A DNA stretch of 64,000 nt, from positions 248,001 through 312,000 of the forward strand of contig RSEE01000057.1 in the NCBI GenBank assembly GCA_003971905.1, written 5' to 3'. The DNA comes from Moniliella sp. 'wahieum' (taxonomy: Eukaryota). This document shows, piece by piece, positions 1 through 11,616 of the stretch (position 1 is the first letter of the stretch; each line of letters begins with the position of its first letter). A program made the translations under genes and the position numbers. The notes beneath the pieces are model-generated. The model did not search any database. It had not been told where the DNA came from and saw only the letters and a program-made list of their open reading frames with translations.

Positions 1-1
1 G

Positions 2-94
2 CGTCCCAGTCGGACCCAGAGCGAAGCAGGGGACAGCGTGGATCTTGATGCGTTTGCAGACGATCTCGAGCTAGAGCTGGAACATGATTTATAG
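2..94 (+). CDS. 3' end of a gene entering from the left edge; acidic C-terminal helix, possibly an FCP1-type CTD phosphatase tail
   Basis: Frame 2 reads RPSRTQSEAGDSVDLDAFADDLELELEHDL* (TAG at 92-94). The acidic amphipathic tail resembles FCP1 C-termini but is too short to be diagnostic. Confidence 0.3.
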   Translation, partial: RPSRTQSEAGDSVDLDAFADDLELELEHDL

Positions 95-277
95 CACGGA
101 AATCTATGGCGCTGGGTACCTAAGGAGCAGCACTGAAACCGGCTATACGACAGCGAGGATGGGGGCGGGGCGAGGGAAGGTTGATGAGATTCAACCGAAA
201 TAACCAGGAGCTAGTAGACTGGGCTACCAGGGGGACGCCATGGCGGTTCCAGTCCGCCGTTACCGGCATCCAGCCCA

Positions 278-1384
278 TTAGGGCTTGGGCACCTTGAGCG
301 TCTTGGACACCAGGGCCATAGCCCATGCGAGCCACAAAAGGACATGACGTGAACGGTGGTGTAAAGGTGGGACTGGGTCCAGGCTGTGACGCTGTCCGGG
401 CTGGGCAGGGCAGGCCATTGGGCCACCTGCGGCACCTTGAGCGCAACCAATGCTTTGACCTGTTCTAGTACCCCAAACAATGCGACCACCACTGGAGCCG
501 GGTCAAGCTCCACGGTGCCCCCTGGCACAACGGAGAGGCCAAGGGCGCGCTTGCTTTCCCGAGCAGCCTGAGCCGCGGGGGAGGCCAGCGCGCCACACCA
601 ACCTACAGCATTGGGATTAGGGTCGGTGCCGATGAGGTGGTGGGTAGCCCAGCGGAGCAGACGCGAAGGCTGCTCGGAAAAGAGCTGGGTATGGTGGCTC
701 TCAATTGGTCCAACTGGCCCAGCATCGACGGCGCCATAGAGCAGCGAAAGGGCCATGCCGCCAACGAGGATGAGCGAGGAGGGAATGGGCAAGCCTTCAA
801 AGTACTTGGCTTTGCCACTCTTGTCGTGAGGAATGGAGGCGGCAGTAACGTTGAAGCGAGCGAGGCGGGCAATACCGCAGCAGACAAAGATGGTGAGCAC
901 CATCGAGTCGAGGTAGGTGCGCATCCCCAACGCATACGCCGCAAACGCGGGCGCCATGCCAAAGCTCACCGAGTCCGCCAGCGAATCCAGCTCCTGGCCC
1001 AGAAGGGAGGAGGAGCGGCGCCAGCGCGCGACACGGCCGTCAAGCAAATCGAAGACGGCACCCATGAGTGGGAACCAGAGGGCGTGCCAGGCATGGATGG
1101 GGTCCGAGGTGAGCAAATAGCGGCCCGAGGCAAAAATGCTCTGGGCGCCACAGAAGCCGTTCATGAGAGTAAACGCATCGGCCAGATGGAAGTTGCGGAC
1201 CAAGCTAAAGTGGCCCTCGCGCTCGACAAACTGGACCAACGCGGCGGCAGGAGGGGATGTCTCTTTCTGAGCCTGGCTGGTTTTCTTGGCCGCCTTGGAC
1301 TTGGACTTGGACTTGGACTTGGACTTGGACGGCGTCGCGGGGCCGACGTGGGCGGGGGCGAGGGCAGGCAGAGTTGCGGGCCAT
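278..1384 (-). CDS. CHO1: CDP-diacylglycerol--serine O-phosphatidyltransferase (phosphatidylserine synthase), with apparent frameshifts
   Basis: GHFSLVRNFHLADAFTLMNG; CDP-alcohol phosphatidyltransferase motif DLLDGRVAR...LGQELDSLAD; RLARFNVT; YFEGLPIP. The canonical end LWLAWAMALVSKTLKVPKP* (TAA at 278-280) and the ATG at 1384 are each in a shifted frame. Confidence 0.92.
1294..1330. repeat. (CTTGGA)6 coding microsatellite giving an SK-repeat in the CHO1 N-terminus
   Basis: Directly visible; encodes SKSKSKSKSKSK on the minus strand. Confidence 0.95.
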
Positions 1385-2130
1385 GGCGAGGAGAGGCGGG
1401 AGGGGGGGCGGAAGACGACGCGAGTGGCGTCCTTTTGGTGCTGGGTGTGGGTCTGGTCTGGTGGGATCTGCCAGAGTTCGCCACCGCTCGTGTCCAGGAG
1501 GAGCTGCTGCGAACACGCCGGGACCCGAGAAGGATTGGCAGGATTGGCGCGCCGCCCCGCCCAGCCAGACCCGCGAGGGGCAGCTGCGGGCGGGGGGGCA
1601 GTGAGCCGGCCGCAACACTGGCGCCGCGCGAGGGCACGTGGCAACCCTAACCGCACCGCCTGCCGATCTGCCCACAGCGCCTGTGGGCCTTGCGGTCACG
1701 TGGCCGGCCGCATCCCGCCGCGCGGAGCCACCGGCTGTGGACGGCGCAGGGGCCAGGCGGGCACGGGGCTAGTGCTGGGACGCATCCACCAACACTGCCC
1801 CCCTCCTGCGAGGCTGCTGGGTTGTGGGGCTCATACGTATCGCTCATACATCAGACAACGCGTGTCGGGCACTGCCGCTATATATATTTGTACCCCTTAT
1901 TCTTGTCCTCCACTTGGGCTGGCTTCGGGCAACATGGTTTGTAGTTGAGCCTGATAGAGTCTGTTGTTCTAAGAGTTGCCATACCTCGCAACATCCAGTG
2001 TTGGGGTAGGAAGAGAAACGAGAATCGAAACGAGAATCGAAACAAAAAGAGGGCGAAACGGAACCGACGAGAAAAGAAAAGAGCCATACACGTATAACCA
2101 CCCGGGAAGGGGGCCTGCTAGACACGTCCC

Positions 2131-3448
2131 TCACTCGGACGTGTCGGCCACACCTGTTTCCGGCATCAATGAGACGCTCGACGGCCAGGATGTCGTTGCA
2201 GCAGTGCTGTCCTCTGCTCCGTATTGCTGCACCGGGAAGGTTATGAAGGTGAGGGGTAGGGCGGCATGTGTACTAGGTAATAGCGTTGCCGCATTAGTGT
2301 CGTCTTTCTTGTTAATGGTCTTCTTCAGAGTACGGCCCACTTCGAGGCCGACACCCAGCTTGCGCATAACCAGCCTGCACGACACAATGGAGGTGACGGC
2401 GACAGCCATGTCGCTGTTCATGCCACCGTACAACCACCCGGGATGGACGACAAGAAAGAGTGTGTTGATCAGGTTGATGCCCAAAGCAAGAGAAAGTAGA
2501 TAATGCCGTCCGAGAGGAGACTGTGTTGGAACATGTTGATCCAGCGCCTGTTGTCCGCCCTTCCCGTACCGTGGCCGCTAGCGCTATGATAGTGATGAGG
2601 GTATCGTAAATGATGTTACAGGTATAGTAGAACCTGGGATCGCGTTAGTCCTGTGCATACAATGCACTCACGAAAAAAGAAGAAAAACACTGATAAATGG
2701 TTTTGACTCACCAGTAACTTGTCTGATGTGGCGGAGACATGGACAACAGACAAAGCCCCATCTCATTCACGACGGGCGAGACCCAGTTTGATACGACCAT
2801 GTTGAAGACCAGTTGGGCTGACCAGAGTGCAGCAAGCACCCCTAGAGCCCACCACTTGCGGTCCCACAGAACCCATGTGCGGGTGGCAAAGATCAACGAC
2901 GCAGCCGAGGTGACCACCGCGCTGATGATGACACCTATCCGACCCGAGTAAAAGCACCGCTTCGAGGTCCAATTCGGGTTGGTTTCGATGTATAAGTGCA
3001 AGGAGATGGCCACTGTGCCGTCCAAACATACCCACACCACCAAGTGTTAATAGAAAGCGAAGGCAAAAATGAGGGAGAGGAGTCATATGGAGAGACGAAG
3101 AGAGAGTGATATTAACACACCAAAGGAGAAGTACCGTGCAACGAGGAACGAGGGGTGACGGGAAACTTCCACCCTCGCTCGTGGTACATCTTGAGTTCAG
3201 TAGGCCAGGTGACCAACGTGCTGTGCCCAGTCCACACTCGAGTCAACGAAATTCCCACCCCCAAGCGAGCACACGAGAATATATGGGACATCACAAGTGC
3301 ACGTACTCCCACGCAAGCAGAGCGACGCAGAGGCCCCGTACATGGTCTGGTTGATCATGTAGACGAACAGTTCGGGGATGATAGAGGAAAGGTGGACAAT
3401 AACGCCCTTGGGTACGGGTTCCTCCGCTGCCGACGCGGTGCTGTTCAT
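2131..3448 (-). CDS. Multi-exon multi-pass membrane protein, basidiomycete DUF6533/GPCR-like type
   Basis: Exon fragments ..LLAWEY | LVTWPTELKMYHERGWKF, FATRTWVLWDRKWWALGVLAALW and GINLINTLFLVVHPG..VAVTSIVSCRLVMRKL match the style of the DUF6533-family 7TM proteins. Several GT..AG introns. Confidence 0.6.
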
Positions 3449-3961
3449 ATGTGTCGAAGATGTGTGGTCTCTGTGGTTGGTGGGTCACCGTGAAGCTATC
3501 AGATATGGCGCAGTGTAGGGAATGGTGAGGTGGTGGCAAGGCTGGCCTCGTGTGTCGCAGGAACATGACACCTACATAGATCCAGAGTAGTCAGGTGGAC
3601 GCTGCCGTTAAGTTTTTGGGTTATTGTTGTGGCGGTAAACTCAAAAGCTTTTGAGCCTGTGTGGGTGGCGACCTCGGAGCGGGGGTCCCATTAGTGCGCG
3701 CTTCGTCCTACCATCTATACTAAGGTGCGCGCACCCTAGGTCCCCCACTCCACCCACCGTAGCGATTAGCATGAGGCCCCTGAGGTCTGAGAGCACATGC
3801 TACACGCTCCCGTTCCTCATCTCACTAACCCACCCACTTTTCGGAGCTTGTATCACAACGTTCGCTGCCATGTAGCAAGCCCACAAGTACCCTAGTATAT
3901 ATCCCATTGGTCGAAACACGGCTTTTCCTAGGTGTAGTGGAAAGATGATCAGGGTTGGAAA

Positions 3962-6900
3962 TCAGATAAACTTGTGAAGCCATCCTCTGTGGTGGTGCTT
4001 CTTGGGGTCAGTGCGCCAGACAGAGAAGTGAACGCCGTGTAGAACGAAGAGAACGTGCTCGGCGCTGAGCTGCTCATGTGGTGTGAAAGTAGAGCCCATA
4101 TGGAGGTGCCACCCGGGCTTGGTGGTCTTGTCAAGGTAGGTTGTAGTGAAGCTGCGCACCTTCGTTGGAGATGCATGGTGCTGGTGCAACGCCTGGACCA
4201 CCGTCTCCAGCACCGCGTCGCGGTACGATGTGCTCAGCGTCGATTCGTGCAATTCAATGAAGGTCTTCAACTCTTGCAGTCCCAGCCCCTGCAAGGAAGC
4301 AGGGAGCTCGGCGAGGGACAGACTGGAGAGGGAGGAGCTCGAGCTTTCCGAGCGCAACGTCCGAGGCGGCGCCGGCTCCGTAGAGTACGCAACGGTAAAG
4401 TAGTACCCAAAGATAACAAAGTAGACATAGCGTGCTCCTGCTGGGGTGCCACAAAGCTCGACTCACTCACCCAGACCAGCCAGCCTTCGCGCCCCGTGCG
4501 TTGGGTTAGATTGCGCACCATCGCCTTGCTCATCTCTAGGTTGGACTCGCCGTGAGCATGAATGCTGCGGGTAGCCAGATCGAGAGCCAACGTGCGGTCC
4601 GCCTCGTCCAATGGAGACGCCACCTCGACAAATTCTGAGTGCGCCGTCAACTCGCGCAGTGTCTTGGACCTTATTGTGTTGGCCAGCCCAAACTCCCCCA
4701 CCGCCTCGGGCGCGATCGTGGCATGGTGAACCGAAACCAGGCGGTAGATGGTGAAGTAGTAGGCCGCTACCCGGAAAAAGGTGTATTCTGCCACCGTATC
4801 CGCTTGCTTCACCGCATCGGCATACTTGTCCGCGACAATCACCTCCCACCCGCCACTGTGCTGGTTAAGTTGAGCGGTAAGCCAGCCGTCTAGCGCTTCC
4901 TTCGACTCGCCGTGTTCACGGATGGCTTGGTAGGTAAGCGTGTATACCATCTCGGCTTCGTCACCGCCCAGTGTGCTTCCCTCGAACGTCGTTGCCTTAC
5001 GAAGTTCTTCGACAGACAAACTGCGGGTATCGTCCCCAATTTGGTGCCAGAGTGTCAGGCCAGACGTCATCCCGGCCAGCGTCCCACTAACCGCAGCGAT
5101 CCGGTCATGCGCATCATTGACCCGAGGGAGAGCCATCGGCTGAAGCCCGCACGCCACGAGTGGTTCACCGTATAGAACAGAGTAAAGTAAACGGTGTCAA
5201 CATTGAAAAGGAGCCAACGTGTGGCGTGTGATGTTCCACCTGCTGGGCAAAACCATTGGCCACGAGCACAATCCAGTGACCGTCACTCCCACCATGACTC
5301 TCGTTCAGCTTGGCCGCCACCACCTCGCTCAGCTTAGTCGTGTCCGTTCCGTATTGGCGAATCGACGACAATGTTATCTCGACCATCTCCTTAGCCTCAG
5401 CCTTGGGGACATTGGATTGATCCGAGTCGATGGTCGTCGCTTGCCACAACTCCACCGTCGAAGCAGTAGACCATCGGTCAGAAAGAGTGTGCAGTAGAGA
5501 GACACCCGCCAGAAGAGAGCCAACACCTAATACAGAAGTAGATGATGCGGAGTGATGAAGTTCAGGAGCAGAGAGACGAGCAGTAGTCTCGGACCCCCCG
5601 CCCAGGAAATAAACAATCATACGTTGGCCGCCCAACACTGTTACAGGAGGTTAGCAAACAGCCCAAAAGCGGGAAGGAGGATGGACGAACCAATGATCAT
5701 GTACCGGGTGAGCTTGCCCACCTCGACGCTAGAGGCTGGCGCCACATGCCAGCCCACCTTGCCCGTCTCGGCCTCGAGCTTCTGAACAGCAGCCGTGCCA
5801 ATGTCCTCCGCCGACGTGGCCGTCTCCACCGAGCTCACAACCGCACCCAGCACCGTCTTCGTCCTGCCTCCGACAGCGTCGTCCCACTCACCGCCGTCGG
5901 CGACTGCAGCGACTGCACCAGCTGCGTGCGCGTCTCCGACGTGATCGTCGTCACCGTCCGGTACACCGTGTAGTACTGCCCGCCCACCTCGAGCGTCTGG
6001 TACGCCGCCACATCCTCTGCCGCCCCCATGTCCGCATACTTGTCCTCCGCCACCACCACGTGCCACCCCGTCTGGCCCGTCTGGTCCTCCAGCGTCTCGG
6101 CCACCGCGTCAGCCACCTCGTCGGTCGACGTCGTGGGGTGATGGCCTGCGTGACCGAGTCCAGCACCAGCTGCGACTCGTGCTCCGATGCGCCCTTGGAC
6201 GCGCCCATCTGGGCCATCGAGCGCAGCTGCTCCGCCGTCTTGTCTTTAGCCGCCGCAGATACCGTCTTGGCCACCGCCACGCCCGCGATCGCCGTCGCAA
6301 CCGCACCGCCCGCGACCGCCGCGCCGTGCTCGGCCGCGCTCGCCCCCAGCGACCGGATCAGCTTGCCAAGACCCCACCCGCCGCGGCGCTTGGGCGCAAC
6401 CACTTCCGTCTCCTGCGTGCGAGCGACCGATTCCGTCGTCGTCGCACCCGCCCCAGTCGTCTCGACAGCAGTCGTGGTAGTGATCGTCGTTGTGGTGGTC
6501 ACGATCCGGTACACCGTAAAGACGTGCTTGTCAATGGTCACAGTCGAATACTCGGCCGCGCCGGCCTCGCTCACAGCAGCCGCCCGGTCGCCCACCACCA
6601 GCTGCCAGCCCGTCTGCCCCGTTTGCTTCTCTAGCGCCGACGACACATACTGCGCCACCTCCTCCGACGACTCGCCGTGCGCGCGGATCGCCTTGGCAAT
6701 CGTGTCCACCACCACCTCGTCCGACACCGACTGCGTGTGGGAGTCGACCTGGGCCTCCTTGACCAGCTCCGCCTCCGTCTTTTCCCGCGTGTGCTTCTCA
6801 ATCTCGTGCAGCACCACCACACCGGCCAGCACCGCGCCCAGGCCCAGCGCGTCCTTCGCCTTGTCCTTCGCGTGATCCTTCGCCTCGTCCACCTTCTCCT

Positions 6901-9900
6901 TCACGCCTCGACCGTCTCCTTGATCTGGTCCCGGTGTTCATGCACAGAGCGCGTTTCTTGGGTCTCTTGCGTCTCTTGCGTCTCCGCCACCTGCTCGGCA
7001 GCTGATTCGACACCCTCATAGTAAACCACGGTCGGCTGACCGCCCAGCGCTGGTGGTGGAACAAAACAAAAAAGCGGTTAATTTTCGCATACAAAATCAG
7101 GGGGGAACTGGTGAGACGTACTGAGGATCGTGTACTGGGTGAGCGTGCCCACCTCAACACTCGCGGCAGGTGCAACGTGCCAGCCCACCTTGCCCGTCTC
7201 GGCCTCAAGCTTCTGAGCAGCTGCCGTGCCAATGTCCTCCGCCGACGTGGCCGTCTCCACCGAGCTCACAACCGCACCCAGCACCGTCTTCGTCTCCGCC
7301 TCCGACAGCGTCGTCCCACTCACCGCCGTCGGCGACTGCAGCGACTGCACCAGCTGCGTGCGCGTCTCCGACGTGATCGTCGTCACCGTCCGGTACACCG
7401 TGTAGTATTGTCCGCCCACCTCGAGCGTCTGGTACGCCGCCACATCCTCTGCTGCCCCACGTCCGCTTGTCCTCTGCCACCACCACGTGCCACCCGGTCT
7501 GGCCCGTCTGGTCCTCCAGCGTCTCGGCCACCGCGTCGGCCACCTCGTCGGTCGACGTCGTGGTGGTGATGGCCTGCGTGACCGAGTCCAGCACCAGCTG
7601 AGACTCGTGCTCCGACGCGCCCTTGGACGCACCGAGTTGTGCCATCGAGCGCAGCTGCTCCGCTGTCTTGTCCTTGGCTGCCGCAGATACCGTCTTGGCC
7701 ACCGCCACGCCCACGATCGCCGTCGCAACTGCGCCGCCCGCAACGGTGGCTACGGTCGCACCGTGTTCTGCCGCCTTGCTGCCCAAGCCGTGCAGCCATT
7801 GCCGGAATCCCCAGCGGCTGGTCGTTGCCGGCTGCACCGGTTGCATTTCCCGTAGTGCGGGCAGTTCCCGGGAGGTGGTCACATCGCCTGTGGTGATTTC
7901 TTTCGGCACTTGTACTACCTTCTCCCCCCACCACGTCCACGTCGGTCACTTGGGTAGTCGGAACGGCGTACTGTTCCTGGCGAATCTCTTGAGTGGTAAT
8001 CTGAGATGACTCGACCGTCGTTTCTTGGACCGTGGTGTCTACCGCTGCACTTGTCGCTACACTTGTCTGGCCCAACTCACGGGTTGGTGCTCCCTGCTGC
8101 GGAATTTCACGCGTAGTTGACACCACGGCAGGAAGCTCTTGTGGCGCCGTCTCTTCCCCTGGCACTTCACGCGGGGCAGGTACTTCGACCTCAGTCACCA
8201 CTTCCGTGACTCCAGCTGGTAATTCCCGAACTGGAAGGGGACTGGTCTCCTCCGGTTGGACAGCGACGTCAACGGCAACACTTTCCTCTGTACTCTCCGT
8301 CGTTTCCACCTGCTTGGTCTCGCGAATCTCCTGGGTGGTAACACTCTCAGTCCCTTGAACCTGGGTCTGGACTGTGCTGCTTTCAATCCCGCGAAGAACC
8401 GGCGCGCTGACGGGCGCAGGCACTTCCACCTCCACCTCGGTCTCCTTCGACTCCACCACAGAGACAATGGAACATCAGGTGTAGCCTTCTCTTCGACGGA
8501 CTTGACCTCCTCTTTCGTGGCCTCATTGTTAACCACCTCGCTCTCTTCCACCTCAACCGTCTTGGTCTCATGCTCCTCGACTGTGCTGCTCTGCTCGACG
8601 GCTGGGAGACTTCGCTCGGCCAATGTACTGGTGACCTCTTCCGCAACAGTCTCATGCGCCGCGACCACGCCCAGCCGCAGCAACCGCCGCTGCCTCCACC
8701 TCCCTGGTCTGCTCCTTCACCTTGGCCTCGGAAGTGCTTTCGAGATTGGTCACTGCGCCAACATCCGTTGTTTCCGTTGTTTTCGCCTCTTCCTCCACCT
8801 TGGCCTCTTCAACGACCGGGATCTCCTTCTCGACGATAATAGTCTCCTCGGGCTTCGTCTCTTGCACCACGGCTGTAGTCTCCTTGGCTTCAGCAGTGGT
8901 TTGGACAACCGTGGACGTTTCCAACTTGGCAGTTTCACTGCCTCCGCCTCCTCAACATTCTCAATTGCAGACTCCAGCGCCGGCGTTTTCGCCTCCTCTT
9001 CGGGCTGGATCCACGTGGCTTCCGTCTTCGTACTACCCGGGGTCGTTTCTGCCTCCGTGTCCACCACTTGAACCACAGAGGTCACAGACTTTTGAGTGTC
9101 GGCTTCAGGTTGGATCGCCTGGATCTCTCGGGCTTGCGTCGTCTGCGTTGTCTCGGTCACATCAACGGACTCGTTAATCTGGTCTGCAGAAGATTGCACA
9201 GTTTTTTCAACTTCGACTTGAGGCTGGTTTGACTGCTTCTCTTGGACATCCACCTCGGTCTTTGTGACCGTTTCTGAAGCCTCAGTATTCACGACCTCAG
9301 TATTCACGTCAATCGCAGTTTCCGTGGCAGGTTTCTGGTACACCTCGGCCTCTTGTTCGATTGACAATCCACTCTTCTGCTCCTGAGTTTTCTCTTCTGG
9401 TTGCACCTGGACAACGGTCTGTTCGACCGAAGGCAGGGCCACGATCTGTTGTTCCTTGGTCTGGAAATCTGATGTTTTGACGTCTCAGTCGTCAGAGTCA
9501 CACACGCGTTTCCTCGACCAGGTCTTGGATCGATGTAGTATTCGTTGTCGGAGGACGGAAAGGATGGGCAAAGCTACAACCACTTCTGTGCTCGCCTTGG
9601 CCTCCTCTTCAACTTGACAAGAGGTCGAGGAATAGTGTTAGTTCTGTACACGTGCATGCAAAAAAAGAACAAGAAGGATGAAATACGTACTTTGTTGGTT
9701 CCCATCTCTTGATGAGGCAGGCTAATAATAGTCTCTTTATTCACGGGAGGTTGGGGGATAGGGATCTGCTTCTCGGCCGTGCTTTGCTCCCGATCGATCC
9801 GAACCACAGTGAACGTCTCGGAAGCCAACTTGATACGGTACACCTCGAGCACCTTGGGACCCAGTTCCACCTCACCACCAGCAGATACCATCCCTTTTGC

Positions 9901-11616
9901 CCCGTTTTGGTCGTGAGCGAATCTTGGACCAACTGAGCCAGTTCGACGGTGGAAGTGGAGGTGTGGATGGCGTCTATCAAAATTGTCTGCACCTCCGCCT
10001 CTGACAGGGAAGTGAGCGAGGTGCGGGTCACCGTGCTGGTGGACAACAATTCTTCGCGTGAGGCATTCTGAACCTCTGGCCGAAGCCAATGCACTAGCCC
10101 AACCGTGCCAGCCACAACGCCCAGGCCAAGCCAGTCTTGGGCCAGCGAACGCATTTGGCTCTCGGCCCGCTTGGTTTCCGTGCTGGGCTGTCCACGGGGG
10201 GAAGTGGTGTCTTCCCCCACAGTCGTGGTTGAGACGACGTACTCCTCGGTTTTGCCAGACGGCCCAGCCGACACTGTACCTTCCACCTGGTACGTTTCGC
10301 TGGAGTTACTTCTGTCACTTGCGATGTTGACTGAGGAATTAGCTCCCCATTGGGTCCGATCACATAGGTAGTTTCCTCTGTGACGGTGGTCACCGTTGTG
10401 AACACCGACTTTCCAGGCTGGGCCGTAGGACTGGTGGTGGTATGAACGGTGGTGTTGGAAGATGACGTGGAGGTGGAGCCCGCGGTGACTTCGTGGACTT
10501 CACGCGTGGTGATTGGGAGCGCAGCGCCAGCGCCACCGACCTCGACCACATGTGCCTCCTGCGTCTCTGTCACCGTGGGCTGGGCTTGGTGCTGATGAAC
10601 TTGCACTGTTTCCACCACTTCTTTCGACGGAAGCTGTACCACGACAGTCTCGGAGGCAGGAACGGTGGTTACTACCTCCTTGGTTGTTGTTGTTGTTGTC
10701 GACCCAACGACCGGGCCGACGGCCGCGGCGCTACCCGAGGTCTCTTCCACGATGGCCGCTGTGGTGCTGTGGGCAGGCAGCATACGGCTTTGTTCAGTGG
10801 TGGTAATGGTCGTGATGCTCTTCTTCTCATCAGCAACTTGCGGGGCTACCTCGATTGTGCTGCCCTCGGCAGTGCTGATTTCGTTGACGTCGACCTGGTT
10901 GGAGGTCTGGACAACGGTCTGGCCTGCGGCCAAGACGGGAGTAATAGGGGTGTTGAGTTGTGCGCTTCCTTGGATTCCGAAGCCTTCCTCCTCCACAATG
11001 CGGGTGTGCCAATGGTCGTCGCCGCTTCCTTGGGCCCGCAGTGTCGGGCAAAGCAGCGCAGCAACATGGCCAAAGTAGAGGGTAAAACACTGCCCGGCCA
11101 ACAAAGTCAACCACCTTGTTAGCGGTGCTAAAGGGGAGGAGGGAAAATGACGTTCCAGTGTGGATGTGCCAACCCTCGGCAAAGAGCGGAGGAGGGGCGA
11201 TCTTGTCCTGGATGTAATTGGCGACTTGGATGGCGGAGCTTCCATAAAGCGCCAGGGCCGAGCCAGCCAGGGCATACACTTCGGTTCTCATTGCCAGCGA
11301 CACTTGCTCCAGCGAGGCGGCAACGTCAGTATGGATTCCCGGGGTGGGGGCGTGGCAGCAAAGTGGTCCGCGTCCTGGGCTAGCACGGCCGTCTTCCACA
11401 CTGTCACCTCGCCAAAGGCGGTGGGGAGGGTGAGGAGGGTGCCGGCGTCGGCGTGGACGATGCGTGCGCCGGAGGCAGAGAGGACCGACCAGTGAGGGCG
11501 TAGGCGTGGTCGAGGCCTTGGCGGTGGGCGGCTGCGCCGTTGGGCAGCGTGGCGTCAACGACTTGCTGCACGCCGGCGTCCAGCGTGGCTTGGCCAGCTG
11601 CGTTGGGAGTGGACAT
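3962..11616 (-). CDS. Giant (~2,480 aa) repetitive protein with about 11 dynein light chain LC8-like domains and Thr/Glu/Val-rich spacers
   Basis: Continuous coding-style sequence across shifted frames from ATG 11616 (MSTPNAAG) to TGA 3962. Introns at 9613-9690, 7050-7121 and 5638-5690. The repeated unit is helix-helix-GW(H/Q/E)xxV-beta hairpin, e.g. IELHESTLSTSYRDAVLETVVQALHQHHASPTKVRSFTTTYLDKTTKPGWHLHMGSTF..HVLFVLHGVHFSVWRT. That it is a single gene is inferred. Confidence 0.72.
5700..6312. repeat. Internal direct repeat, copy 1 (two LC8-like domains)
   Basis: Near-identical to 7131-7742, with long identical stretches such as CGTCTCCACCGAGCTCACAACCGCACCCAGCACCGTCTTCGTC. Confidence 0.95.
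7131..7742. repeat. Internal direct repeat, copy 2 (two LC8-like domains)
   Basis: Near-identical to 5700-6312. Confidence 0.95.

Noticed and set aside
637..1650. 337-aa plus-strand ORF, and similar long antisense ORFs (e.g. 17690-18676, 29360-30652, 32981-34150)
   Set aside because: Shadow ORFs opposite real genes in GC-rich, codon-biased DNA; no recognisable motifs.
2026..2043. Short GAAACGAGAATC tandem duplication; also poly-G/poly-C runs (52329, 53630)
   Set aside because: Ordinary slippage repeats with no further structure.
7800..9600. EB1-binding SxIP motifs in the giant protein
   Set aside because: The recurring motif is R-E/S-L/I-P in an acidic context, whereas SxIP needs S/T at position 1 and basic flanks.
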